From a virus, in the IMG/VR virus record IMGVR_UViG_3300045012_000181, positions 32,001 through 96,000 of that record: DNA of 64,000 bases; one strand, 5' to 3'. A model generated the notes under the pieces. That model saw only the letters and a list, made by a program, of their open reading frames with translations, did not search any database and had not been told where the DNA came from. Positions within the stretch are counted from its first letter, which is position 1. Every line of letters begins with the position of its first letter. Made by a program: the position numbers and the translations under genes. Below, in pieces: positions 15,787 through 25,293 of this stretch.

Positions 15787-16419
15787 TCATAACTTAATGC
15801 CCCATATGCTCTCCAAACGCAGGCGCACCTCAGCCGCAAGGGCCTCTATTTGGTCCTCCGGCACGGCATAGGCCCTCAAGTGACCCGCTATGTCGTTGAC
15901 CAATCGGCCATCTTCCTTGCCAATGCTCTCAGGCAACGTGAGGATGTCCTCATAATGCGGTCTAAAATCGGGTCCCCACTTCTCCTGCCCGGAGGCCTTG
16001 GGGAATATACCGCCCCTACGACCCACGGATTGTCCCCGGAAGCCCCGAACGTGTGTCTCGAAATTTCGGAGGATTTGTTTGACGGCCCAGCGGGCATGCT
16101 GTCTGTAGGCCTTCTCGCAGTGCAATTGTGAGATGCCTTCGTAGTACTCCGAAACCTGTCGTAGAAACTCCTCGTGGCCCAGTTCTTCGTACATGAAACC
16201 GGGATTCTGGAATAGTGGGGGTTCAATCCAGTGCAGGGGCGCTCGCCATCCCCTCAAGAAGGCCCCTCTGGAGGCCGTCAAGAGCTTTCCGGCGGCTTGC
16301 TTGGCCAAATCCCTCTTGGACAACTTTGGTGGCCGAATTATAAGGGCATCCATAGGCCAGTAGCCCTCTTTGTTGAAAAACTCCTGCCGTTCTTGCGGGG
16401 TCATGGGCGCACCCCCCAT
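15787..16419 (-). CDS. Hypothetical protein
   Basis: ~205-aa ORF; likely start MTPQERQ. Confidence 0.65.
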   Translation of the reverse strand: MGGAPMTPQERQEFFNKEGYWPMDALIIRPPKLSKRDLAKQAAGKLLTASRGAFLRGWRAPLHWIEPPLFQNPGFMYEELGHEEFLRQVSEYYEGISQLHCEKAYRQHARWAVKQILRNFETHVRGFRGQSVGRRGGIFPKASGQEKWGPDFRPHYEDILTLPESIGKEDGRLVNDIAGHLRAYAVPEDQIEALAAEVRLRLESIWGIKL

Positions 16420-16750
16420 ATGGATTGTTTGGACTGATTGGTCTTGCGGTTACCCGGACAGGGCCGCTGACCGCGCTTGCTGTATTCACGGATGGGACCA
16501 CCAAGCCGGGCCTCCTCCTTGTGCCCACCAAAGAAGGCCAGCAGTTGCACCTCGGCGTGCTTGAAGATGCGATGGATTCTATTGGCTTGGACATTTCCGG
16601 GGTTGGTTATGCCCCCGGCTCTTATCCAATCCACTACGATGCTCTTTAGCAGGCTCAGTCGAGCCAGCCCATATGTCACATCAACGGTGCCTTGCATTTG
16701 CGCTCTCCTTTCGCAAACTCTAGAATCGGGATTGTTTGTTCGGTGTCTCC

Positions 16751-17653
16751 TTAGGTCAGACCTGTGTAACCAGATTGTGTGGCCGGGATGTGCCTGTCGC
16801 GACGGATTTTACCGTTCGTACCGGCTAGGGCCTTGGTTGTGAATTCCAGTTCCTCGGCCTCATTTCGCAGGCGTTGAACTTCGTCCAGGTACTCCTTCTC
16901 GGTCAGTTCCTCTTCCTCTAGGAGCATGCGTAACCAGCCCCTATAGTCCGGTTGGACCTCATACCGGCGGGCATCCCTTTCGGTCCAAAGGTCTTGGGCC
17001 TTGTCACGTTGGAAGCGGGCTTCCCACTTGTTGAGAGGATTGGTTGTTATTGAGGTGCGACCAAAGGGGTCATCAACTCTTTGAAGAGTTTCCAACCCAG
17101 CTTGGCCTTGGCTCTCCGGGCTGTCGTCTGTGCGAACTTGACCACGGGCCGCTCGCTCCTCAATGTTGCGTTCCCCAGCCCACCAGACATCGGATTTGGC
17201 CTTCTTGTAGCCCTCTTCATGGTCCGCACAAGGCCTATCGGTGGTCTTGCCGCCAACACGGGCCGTCTCTTGATAGCACTTGGGACAGGCCTTGAAGATG
17301 GCCTCCCAAGCCTTTAGATTCGAGAGAAGCTGGCCCGTTCTAAGGAGCTTAAAACGCTCCTTTTGAATCTCATAGGGCCAAGTGTCCTTGCGGCGCATAT
17401 GCCGGCTGGGCCTCTTGTCGTCCACTTGGAAAACATTCTCGGTTTTGATTCTAAGTGCGGTTTCGTAGGTTATAACCTCGTCTAGAACGCTAGCAGGCAA
17501 ATGCCCGTTGGCAATCGCACGGTGCCATTGTTGCTCTTGTTGTTGCCAGTAGAGCGTGTTCCAGGCCAAATCCCTGCGGTCATAGAGTTTGCCCATTAGC
17601 CGCCTCCTTAGGGCAGGGTGGTATGGGCGTAGTGGAAACGGCTTCCCCGACAC
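16751..17653 (-). CDS. Hypothetical protein
   Basis: 300-aa charged ORF with a CxxC...CxxH cluster. Confidence 0.7.
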   Translation of the reverse strand: MSGKPFPLRPYHPALRRRLMGKLYDRRDLAWNTLYWQQQEQQWHRAIANGHLPASVLDEVITYETALRIKTENVFQVDDKRPSRHMRRKDTWPYEIQKERFKLLRTGQLLSNLKAWEAIFKACPKCYQETARVGGKTTDRPCADHEEGYKKAKSDVWWAGERNIEERAARGQVRTDDSPESQGQAGLETLQRVDDPFGRTSITTNPLNKWEARFQRDKAQDLWTERDARRYEVQPDYRGWLRMLLEEEELTEKEYLDEVQRLRNEAEELEFTTKALAGTNGKIRRDRHIPATQSGYTGLT

Positions 17654-17721
17654 TTTGGTGCGAGCATTTTTGACAGCGGGCCATATTGCGGCAGATGGGC
17701 TGTTTGCAGATGGGACAGCGT

Positions 17722-17982
17722 TTAGTCATTGGCCACCTCTGCTAGTATGTCGGCATGACAGGGTAGCGGAGCGCACCAACAACCAAGAATCTTGCCGCGT
17801 AGCTCTTTCTTGATTTGCGCCATCAGAACTATGTTTTTGTTGAGGTACTCTCGAAATTTGGCTATGACCTCACTTCGGGTGCCGTCTTTCCCGATGGAAA
17901 AGGGGTTCCCGAATTTGCTTGGACGGCCAACGTAGACATCAAATTTGGCTCGTTTACAGTGCACAACCCATTTGGAGGCCAT
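17722..17982 (-). CDS. DUF4326 domain protein
   Basis: VVHCK...DVYVGRPSKFGNPF..GKDGTR.EVI.KF..YL......LRGK.LGCWC.P.PCHAD.L. Confidence 0.9.
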   Translation of the reverse strand: MASKWVVHCKRAKFDVYVGRPSKFGNPFSIGKDGTRSEVIAKFREYLNKNIVLMAQIKKELRGKILGCWCAPLPCHADILAEVAND

Positions 17983-18233
17983 CAGAGCACCCCCGACAAA
18001 TTTCGCTCGCCGTAGAGTGTCGGCCTAAGGGGTTGGACTTCGATGGGATACTGCTTCTGTGATTGTTCCTTGGCTAGCAATGCGGCTTTACAGCGCGCGC
18101 ACTGGTCGATTTTAAGGCCGCAGACTTCCAGATGAAACTGGTCAGCGACCCAACGTATCTGTTGAAGTTCTTGTGTACTCATGGCCGACCTCCTAAGGGC
18201 GCGCTGGCCGACACTTTGTGCGAGCCATAGCAC
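17982..18233 (-). CDS. Hypothetical protein (likely start MSTQELQ)
   Basis: TGATG coupling to the DUF4326 gene. Confidence 0.55.
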   Translation of the reverse strand: MLWLAQSVGQRALRRSAMSTQELQQIRWVADQFHLEVCGLKIDQCARCKAALLAKEQSQKQYPIEVQPLRPTLYGERNLSGVL

Positions 18234-18430
18234 AGTTCGACCATACGCCTGTAGGCCATGTAGGCGGGCATACTCAAATCCGCCTCCAGCAGAATAACGC
18301 TCCAGGCCTCATAACGTGCTGCCCGTACGGCCCGTTCGGATTCCCAGTTGCTGGACCGGAAGCCCACAACCGTTTTCAGATAGGCCTTGGCGGCCTGCGT
18401 GTGCTCTCTGGCTGAGGCGGTGGCGCTCAT
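18179..18430 (-). CDS. Hypothetical protein
   Basis: Translationally coupled chain of small ORFs. Confidence 0.6.
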   Translation of the reverse strand: MSATASAREHTQAAKAYLKTVVGFRSSNWESERAVRAARYEAWSVILLEADLSMPAYMAYRRMVELCYGSHKVSASAPLGGRP

Positions 18431-18642
18431 TTGAACACCCCTACTTTTAGCGGCGGTACTTCTCGTCCAACTGCGGTCCAGCGCTCGGCCACCATACTCA
18501 CAGCAGACCGAGCATTTTTGCGGCTTTTAAACAGCAATCCGCGAATCGCACGCCAACGTCCATTAGGACGCTTGCGCAATACTGTGTAGCACTTCTTACT
18601 CCTTGACATGACATTTTCACCTCTCCCAGTGAAATGAGGCAA
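18427..18642 (-). CDS. Small basic hypothetical protein
   Basis: K/R-rich; likely start MSRSKK. Confidence 0.5.
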   Translation of the reverse strand: MPHFTGRGENVMSRSKKCYTVLRKRPNGRWRAIRGLLFKSRKNARSAVSMVAERWTAVGREVPPLKVGVFK

Positions 18643-18844
18643 TTCCTAGCGCCCCGCACAAGTGACACAGAGGAGAGTAACCGCGCTATTTAAAGCGCGC
18701 TGTGCCACCTGAGCATGGCGCTAGGCCATGCCTTAGAACCACCAAAAGCACTGGGTTGCCAGTTCAGGCTCGTATAAACGCCCAGTGCTCTTGGAGTCCA
18801 AGTGGCAGACATCCGGTCTGCCAGCGGGTGACGTGGAGTAAAAA

Positions 18845-19252
18845 CTAGCCGTTGTTTTCGGCGGGTTCCTTGATTTCCGTCTCCTGAGAAGCCGAACTTC
18901 CGGCCTGTTGAGTCGGTTCGGTCGTTGAAGCGGGATCGGCCATCACAGGAAGCGTTGCGGTATTGCCTTCCGTGAGGACCTCTTCTTCGGTGCCTTCCAA
19001 GTGTTCCTCGATTAGCTCCTCGCCTTCGACAGCGTCGGCGGCTTCAAGGGCCTGTTCTTCGCTAATTAGTTCGGAAGTGGCCTCCTGAGAGACGCCTTCC
19101 GCTGCCGTGGGGTTCGTTTCGTCCTTCATGCTTTTCGCTCCCAGAGAGGGCGGATGAATCGTTGCCAGAGCACCTTGGTGTCTCCGGGCCAGCTTGGCCG
19201 CATGCCGGAGCTTTTTGCCACTCCTCCGCGACTTCGTTGACGGTTGACTCAT
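18845..19252 (-). CDS. Hypothetical protein with basic N-terminus and acidic disordered C-terminus
   Basis: GAGGAGAGG RBS upstream. Confidence 0.7.
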   Translation of the reverse strand: MSQPSTKSRRSGKKLRHAAKLARRHQGALATIHPPSLGAKSMKDETNPTAAEGVSQEATSELISEEQALEAADAVEGEELIEEHLEGTEEEVLTEGNTATLPVMADPASTTEPTQQAGSSASQETEIKEPAENNG

Positions 19253-19538
19253 ATCACCTCTCCTCAGTGTGATTTAACTGCGTACCAAGCCCCCATTTCA
19301 CAGCACAGGAAGTCGGCCTAGTGGCTTGTCATCCGTGCTGCTCCTGTCTTACGCCGTTTCTCAGCACGAACGACTAGAGCCGAGGCGGACTGTGAACTGG
19401 AGTGCTTGCCTAGTGCGCTCTGAACGTCGGCGTGTACAGCAAGGGAGCACGGAGCGACAGTTTCCAGAGCGCCTAAGGAAAACTCTCAAGTTTTGCAGCG
19501 CCGCCGAAGCGTTAGCGAGAGGCGGCGTACTAGTAGAC

Positions 19539-19727
19539 CTAGGCGGCTTTTTCAGTCACAATTGAGATGCCCTGAGGAATCTCCGCAGGATAGAACAACT
19601 CCTCAATCGTGATTTTGGCGCTTTGATCCAGTTCGGTTGTGAGCCTATCAACCAATTCTTGGTCCGTGTCACTTGGGAATTCCACTACCGTAGTGATTTT
19701 CATGTGCTCTCCTTCACAACCAAACAC
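19539..19727 (-). CDS. Hypothetical protein (likely start MKITT)
   Basis: AAGGAG RBS before the internal ATG. Confidence 0.55.
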   Translation of the reverse strand: MFGCEGEHMKITTVVEFPSDTDQELVDRLTTELDQSAKITIEELFYPAEIPQGISIVTEKAA

Positions 19728-19804
19728 ACTTTAGAACGTTCCAGTGTGCTTGCCCAAGGACTCCAGTCAATTCGCAGGAGCCCTTAGGGGAAGCATACTA
19801 CAAC

Positions 19805-19963
19805 TCAATTGCTGGGATTCATCCAGATACTATGGCCCTCAGACAGCCAGAACTTGACCATCTTTCTATCACAGAGGATCCATTTGCCCTTCATTGTCTC
19901 CCAGTACTCTAACTGGTTTGTTTTGATGGTGTTAGCGGTCCAACGCACCTTGATTGTGGTCAT
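19805..19963 (-). CDS. 52-aa protein missed by the ORF track (MTTIKVRWTANT...WMNPSN)
   Basis: Own translation; TGATG overlap with the upstream ORF. Confidence 0.55.
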   Translation of the reverse strand: MTTIKVRWTANTIKTNQLEYWETMKGKWILCDRKMVKFWLSEGHSIWMNPSN

Positions 19964-20175
19964 CAGTTCCAAACCTGGCCTTCGGCCTCTGATAACGTGT
20001 CCAAACAGGCCTCCTGAACTTCAGCGGACCAATCCTCTTCCAAAACGTGCCAAATGGCCCGCTCAAGCATGGAAAACCGCTCCGGCGGACCCATAAGGGC
20101 CTCATCGAGGTTCATAGACAGGACACCAGTACGATAAGCGCCCAGAATGCCAGCCCAAACAAGAGCGCTCCACAA
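19963..20175 (-). CDS. Small hypothetical protein
   Basis: Coupled to the downstream ORF. Confidence 0.45.
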   Translation of the reverse strand: MWSALVWAGILGAYRTGVLSMNLDEALMGPPERFSMLERAIWHVLEEDWSAEVQEACLDTLSEAEGQVWN

Positions 20176-20515
20176 GCGCCCCTGAAGGCATCCAATTCAT
20201 CGTGGGGTATCTCTAAACGTCTCCTGACTCTAAGCATAACGGCTCTCCTTCCGTCTGAGCAGCCTTGAACGTGCTGGATGCTCAAGTAGGGCCTTCAGGA
20301 ACGCTCTATTGATTCTAAAGGACTTACTGGAGCACTCAAATTTATTTTCGATTATTTTTAGCGCGCAGGTTGCAAAAAGTCGTTTTCAAACGTACTCTTT
20401 ACGACTTTGAGTCTTCAAGAGCACTACGGACCACCACGGTTCCCAATAAAAATGGCCCCAGAAGCCCTCTTTCGAGAGCCTCCGGGGCGCAAGTGGTTGA
20501 CTGGAAGGTACTTGT

Positions 20516-21025
20516 CTAGAGTTCCGTGAGAGGCGCCTTGCCCTCTGAGGCCCTCCGGCGATTGACGGCATCCAACAGGGCGGTATTGGACATGGAATCG
20601 CCCTTCTTGATTTCCCGTGTGGCCGTTTGGACCTGGCGTTCCTTACGACGGGCTTCGGCCTGCGCCTGATGAGTCACATCAATGAGCGTGACTCGGAAGC
20701 CCAAGGCCATCGGCACGCCATGCAGCGTGTTGAGCTTGCGGCTCTGTACGGCGCTGAGGTCGATGCTTCGATAGAGCCCCGTTCCCGGTCCCAAATCGAA
20801 GGCGCCCCAAGTCGTTGAAGTGGTCGTCTTGCCTGTCCCAGAGGTTTTGACCTCAAGGGGAATGGCATTGCGCCGGACCAACTCCTGAGCAACCCGCACA
20901 CAGAAGTCCTCAATCGACAAGTCCTCAACGGCCTTCAAGAAGCCATCTTCGGGCATTGCAATCGAGGGCGCGGCAATTACTGGGGCCTTTGTTGCTGGAA
21001 CAGCGTGTTGTGTAACTGGGTCCAT
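20516..21025 (-). CDS. Hypothetical protein
   Basis: 169 aa; strong AGGAGG RBS. Confidence 0.75.
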   Translation of the reverse strand: MDPVTQHAVPATKAPVIAAPSIAMPEDGFLKAVEDLSIEDFCVRVAQELVRRNAIPLEVKTSGTGKTTTSTTWGAFDLGPGTGLYRSIDLSAVQSRKLNTLHGVPMALGFRVTLIDVTHQAQAEARRKERQVQTATREIKKGDSMSNTALLDAVNRRRASEGKAPLTEL

Positions 21026-21163
21026 AACTACCTCCTAGTATTTAACGTCCTTCGGACGGGACAGCGCATTCCCCTTTAGAACCACGTGGCGTTCTGGAAG
21101 GGTTTACAGGCGCTCCCTTAGAACCACCCTTAGAATCAGATGGTTCTACAGTAACGTCTGGAA

Positions 21164-21409
21164 TTATTGGGCTTGTTCCAACTCGGTTACAGAAGGCTTC
21201 AAAACGACAGCCTCTGGTTCAAATGTTACAGGATCTTCAGACGTACCGTCCCAAACATGAATGCGTAGTTTCTTTGCACCACCATCGGCAGCGTAATACT
21301 CAACGAATATCTGAGAGGGCTGCCAACCGGGGTCGCCTTTGAACCCCGAAACGCTGATTTCTAAACCGCCGTCTTCAACTAGGTCTTGTGGACACAGACT
21401 GAGTTTCAT
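21164..21409 (-). CDS. Hypothetical protein
   Basis: ATGA coupling to the upstream gene. Confidence 0.65.
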   Translation of the reverse strand: MKLSLCPQDLVEDGGLEISVSGFKGDPGWQPSQIFVEYYAADGGAKKLRIHVWDGTSEDPVTFEPEAVVLKPSVTELEQAQ

Positions 21410-21744
21410 GCCTGCACCGCCCTCATCCTTTGAACAAGCTCCTGGCCCTTCGGGGTGATGAAGTACTGATTGTTGGAATGGCGCAACCAGCCTGATTCTG
21501 CAAGGTTGGCCATCATGGTTGTGTAGGCACTCAGAGTGCCGCCCTGTGTCATCCAGAACATATAGAGCATTCCGGAGGGCACACCATTAGGCTCTTCGGA
21601 GATTGTCTCCAAGAGGGCCTTAATAAGCAAGATGGCCTTCTGAGTTTGAATTTTGTTACTGGGTGGACAAACCACATGCGTTGTAACTGGTTGACCTTGT
21701 CTGTGTCCCTCAGGGACGGGTTGACCACAGATAGTGCAATTCAT
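21406..21744 (-). CDS. Hypothetical protein, possible winged-helix C-terminus
   Basis: CxxC N-terminus; ...GWLRHSNNQYFITPKG; AAGGAG RBS. Confidence 0.65.
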   Translation of the reverse strand: MNCTICGQPVPEGHRQGQPVTTHVVCPPSNKIQTQKAILLIKALLETISEEPNGVPSGMLYMFWMTQGGTLSAYTTMMANLAESGWLRHSNNQYFITPKGQELVQRMRAVQA

Positions 21745-21874
21745 AACAGGCTCTCCTTCCTGTATTTTAGCAGTCAGGCCAACGCTCGGAGCACGCTAGG
21801 TGCGAGTCTCGTAGGGCACACTGAAACTTCCAAGTCCCAAGGAGCTTTTACTGGAACGTTGGCCTGCTAACACC

Positions 21875-21924
21875 AAAAGGCCCCTCATAGCCACCCTCTT
21901 GTTAGAGGATGACTACAAGAGGCC
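21875..21924 (-). terminator. Rho-independent terminator-like long hairpin
   Basis: Minus strand GGCCUCUUGUAGUCAUCCUCU-AACA-AGAGGGUGGCUAUGAGGGGCC-UUUU, just after the stop of 21952-22242. Confidence 0.65.
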
Positions 21925-21951
21925 AGTTGGTGCGGTAGACCCCAGGTAAAC

Positions 21952-22242
21952 TTAGGCGGCTTTGGCAGCCAGAGCGGTTAGCTCGGCAATCTTCGCCTCA
22001 AGCTCGACCTTAGACATCTCCGAGGCGGGCTTCGCAAGGGGTTCGGGTATGGTAATCACCAGCTTGATTTTGGTACCGGGCTTACTAGTACCGGCCAATT
22101 TTCTCAGATGCGTTACGGCCTGTTCGAACGTTTCCGGGCCGCCAGTGACTTGCCGGTAGGCATCATTGTCAACCATCTGGCCCTTGTTGAATCCGCGTTC
22201 TGCGACGTGTTTATTGGCAGCAGCGATGGCAAGGTAATACAT
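21952..22242 (-). CDS. Hypothetical protein, first gene of the left arm
   Basis: GAGGTG RBS; 96 aa. Confidence 0.7.
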   Translation of the reverse strand: MYYLAIAAANKHVAERGFNKGQMVDNDAYRQVTGGPETFEQAVTHLRKLAGTSKPGTKIKLVITIPEPLAKPASEMSKVELEAKIAELTALAAKAA

Positions 22243-22540
22243 AATTCACCTCATATGTTACGGGCTGTAGCATGCTATGTTCCTTTGATGCTATCAGTTA
22301 CCGGAAACTGTTTGGACAGAATTTCCGGCACCCTTGCAAAGTGCCTCGCGCGCACCACTCGACGGCGTGTAAGAACATTGGTTTCTAAGAGTTAGGGAGG
22401 GTGTAAATAATTCTTTCCCCCTGCCAAGTTGTTGAAAATCACAGTTTTAGCCCTAAATCCTTTAGAATCAGCGTTTCTTAGTTTCGTCTGTGTTAGTTCT
22501 GTAACAGCTGGGGGTTTTGCTAGAGTTTCGAGGGAGTTTG
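22243..22540. promoter_or_regulatory. Divergent intergenic control region between the two arms
   Basis: Gene orientation flips here; locally AT-richer; contains CTTTAGAATCA at 22460-22470. Confidence 0.5.
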
Positions 22541-22795
22541 ATGGCCGACTACAACACATTTATAGCAGGCTCTGGGGACTTCGAGCTCTCCAAGAGCTTC
22601 TCAGACTACAAGGTCTCCACAGAGACCAAGCCCTCCGGCGGACTGTCTTACAAAATAGCGGCCCGATTTACCTTCGACACCCCAATTGGCGAGGTGATTC
22701 CTTGGTTAGAGGCCGGCGGAACGATTAGTTTCACCCGAGATGGTCAGCCAAAGCGCATAGTACTGGAGACAATAGATGGGACTCAGGGGGCCTAA
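22541..22795 (+). CDS. Hypothetical protein
   Basis: GGGAG RBS before ATG 22541. Confidence 0.6.
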   Translation: MADYNTFIAGSGDFELSKSFSDYKVSTETKPSGGLSYKIAARFTFDTPIGEVIPWLEAGGTISFTRDGQPKRIVLETIDGTQGA

Positions 22796-23252
22796 GGCCC
22801 GAAATCAACAGGACTGGATGGTTCCAGTAGCGGAATTGATGATACAGGAGTTCATGAGCTTCAGTGCGGCGGCCCTGGCACTGGGCGTCAAGTTCGAAAA
22901 CACCGCAGATGAGCGCGGCATCCAGCACTCTGAGGCCTTCCAGAACATTCTGGATGCCCTGAGTTATAGGTTCTATGCCCGAATTGGTGACAATCCGCTT
23001 TTAACTAAGGGCGTACTGGCCGGCACACTGATGACAGCCATACGCCGGCTGGGCGAAATGGATCAGTGGGACAAGGTGGCCATGCCCGGCAAGCTCCTAG
23101 CTGACCTTATGGGCTGGACAGAGAAGGCCCCTGAGAATGAGAAGGTCATTGGGAACTTGACCCAAAGCGATATAGACAAGATTCGGGCCGACCTTAAAGC
23201 TCAAGAGGAACAGGCCAAGACCGTAGTCGTAGTGGATGGCACACCCAATTGA
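22776..23252 (+). CDS. Putative terminase small subunit
   Basis: Position upstream of TerL and helical composition; no diagnostic motif. Confidence 0.4.
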   Translation: MGLRGPKARNQQDWMVPVAELMIQEFMSFSAAALALGVKFENTADERGIQHSEAFQNILDALSYRFYARIGDNPLLTKGVLAGTLMTAIRRLGEMDQWDKVAMPGKLLADLMGWTEKAPENEKVIGNLTQSDIDKIRADLKAQEEQAKTVVVVDGTPN

Positions 23253-23449
23253 CAGACGAGGACCAAGAACTGTTAAAGATGGCTCAATTGCCTCTATGGT
23301 CTTGCAAAGGGTCTGCAGAGGAATGCGAAGATAGTTGGATGGCCTTCCTGGGTGCTACTCGTTGGAAGGGCAAATGGATTGGGGTGAATAGCCTACTCAA
23401 CTATGAGTGTAGCGTTTGTGGAGAACTTGGGCATACGTGGTGCATATAG
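23249..23449 (+). CDS. Small Cys-rich hypothetical protein
   Basis: Coupled ORF containing CSVCG. Confidence 0.45.
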   Translation: MTDEDQELLKMAQLPLWSCKGSAEECEDSWMAFLGATRWKGKWIGVNSLLNYECSVCGELGHTWCI

Positions 23450-23661
23450 ATCTGAAGCACTGTGATGTCTGTGGGAAACCGTGGTTGGGTTATGGCAACG
23501 ATATCTGGGTTGTGTCTAGTAATTCAAACCCCAGACAGTATAGTGGGCACAAACGTTGTATACATCCTGAAGAGCCTGTGAGGGGCTGGAATGTTTTTAA
23601 TACTGATAGCAGCAGTGATTCTGATACGGGCCTTCCTGTTGGAGCCGGCCCCGAGAAGTAG
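23416..23661 (+). CDS. Small Cys-rich hypothetical protein
   Basis: CDVCG...C.H. Confidence 0.45.
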   Translation: MWRTWAYVVHIDLKHCDVCGKPWLGYGNDIWVVSSNSNPRQYSGHKRCIHPEEPVRGWNVFNTDSSSDSDTGLPVGAGPEK

Positions 23662-23671
23662 GGGTTAGCCC

Positions 23672-25138
23672 GTGAAACTACCTGACGACCCCAAGCTGGC
23701 CTCGGCCATTCTCGACAGTATGGAGAAGAAGCGCCGGGATGAACGCTTTATATCCTACTGGCAGCCCTTCCCCTACCAAAAGAAGGCCTTTGACAAATTC
23801 CGTCCCGGTATCAAGATTCTAGTAGTGGCTGGTGGTAACCGTTCGGGCAAGACCGAGGTGGGCGCCGCCCTGACAATGGCCTTCGCCGAGGGCAAGGAGT
23901 ACTTCCGTGGCGATCCTGCATGGGATTGGGTCAAGGACCTGCCCATCCCAGACAAGCCCCGCCGAAATATCTGGATAGTCGGACTGGACTTCAAACTCCT
24001 CAAGGATGTCATCTGGCGGGAGAAGCTCCTGTCCGGGGCCAACCATCCGGGTTTCTTGCCCAAAGACGACTCCGTTGTCAATGTCCTCGAACGGGACATG
24101 CAAATCGAGTTTACAGACAATACAGCCATCACGGCCAAATCGGCGGATTCCGGTCGAGAGAAGTTTCAGAGCGCCTCGGTTGACCTCATTTGGATAGATG
24201 AGGAGTGCGATGCGGAAATTTTTGATGAATGCTATCAACGCACTGTTGATTGTGGTGGGGTCATTATTGTTACTGTCACACCTCTTATTGACATCAATAG
24301 CGGCGTCAAGACACCGTGGATCTACAACCTCTGGGAGGATATGAAGAATGGCCGGAAAGATATTGCCTTCGTCAACCTCTCAGTCCTCGATAATCCAATC
24401 GTCCCAGAAGCCGAAAAACAGAAACTCCTCGACAAGTGGAAGGGCCATCCGGAAGAGCGGGCCCGTCTTTTCGGTGAGTTCGTCCGACGCGCTGGACTCG
24501 TTTATCCTAACTTCGACCGGAAGGTGCATCTCAAGCGCACCAACCCACCTCCCGATTGGTATACTATCGTTAGCATTGATCCAGCGGCAACTGGACCGAC
24601 GGCTGCGCTGTGGGGACGTGTGGACCCCTCCGGCAACATCCACCTCTATAGAGAATACCTAGAGGCTGATTTACCCGTCTCCGAGCATGTGGCCAACATC
24701 AAGCTTAAGAACCGTGGTGACAAAGTCGACCTCTGGCTACTGGACCCCACATGGGGCTCTCAGCGAACGGCCGAGGCCCACAAAACGGGCCAGCAGCTTT
24801 ATAGAGATGCCGGATTGCCTGTAAGATTGGCCTGTGTAGATAGAGATTTTGGCCGATTAAATCTCTGGGAATATCTTCAGGGTACTGTTTTAGGTCCCGA
24901 GGGCCGGCAGCCCAAACTCTGGATTGACCCCTCTTTGCATGAATTCGTAGAAGAGATAGAACACTACATAGTGGATAGTTACCATTCCGGCCCGCTCAAG
25001 GGTCTGTCTAAGGATAGGCCTCGTAAGCGGGCCGACGATTTGATTAATGCCGCACAGTATATGGCGGCACAAAAGCCCCGGGGCCGTCTAAGAAGCGATC
25101 CCGATCAGGCCCCGCCTTCTGGTGGGAGTTATTTCTAA
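23672..25138 (+). CDS. terL: Terminase large subunit
   Basis: Walker A AGGNRSGKT, Walker B LIWIDEE, coupling motif TVTP, RLFGEF, nuclease SIDPA...LDP...DDLINA.QY. Confidence 0.93.
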   Translation: MKLPDDPKLASAILDSMEKKRRDERFISYWQPFPYQKKAFDKFRPGIKILVVAGGNRSGKTEVGAALTMAFAEGKEYFRGDPAWDWVKDLPIPDKPRRNIWIVGLDFKLLKDVIWREKLLSGANHPGFLPKDDSVVNVLERDMQIEFTDNTAITAKSADSGREKFQSASVDLIWIDEECDAEIFDECYQRTVDCGGVIIVTVTPLIDINSGVKTPWIYNLWEDMKNGRKDIAFVNLSVLDNPIVPEAEKQKLLDKWKGHPEERARLFGEFVRRAGLVYPNFDRKVHLKRTNPPPDWYTIVSIDPAATGPTAALWGRVDPSGNIHLYREYLEADLPVSEHVANIKLKNRGDKVDLWLLDPTWGSQRTAEAHKTGQQLYRDAGLPVRLACVDRDFGRLNLWEYLQGTVLGPEGRQPKLWIDPSLHEFVEEIEHYIVDSYHSGPLKGLSKDRPRKRADDLINAAQYMAAQKPRGRLRSDPDQAPPSGGSYF

Positions 25139-25293
25139 ATAAAATTTTAAAGCGAGGGGACGTGAGGGACTCACGAGTTTAGGCCACTTTTTAGAAAGTC
25201 CCTCCAATGGCCTAAAAGAAAGCAGCCCTCTATTACACGAACACTTCTGTCGCTAGATAAGCTGACAACAATGGGAAGAAAGCACATCAATAC

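Noticed and set aside
20330-20400. Sigma70 promoter in an AT-rich gap
   Set aside because: The -35/-10 candidates on the minus strand have the wrong spacing; too weak to call.
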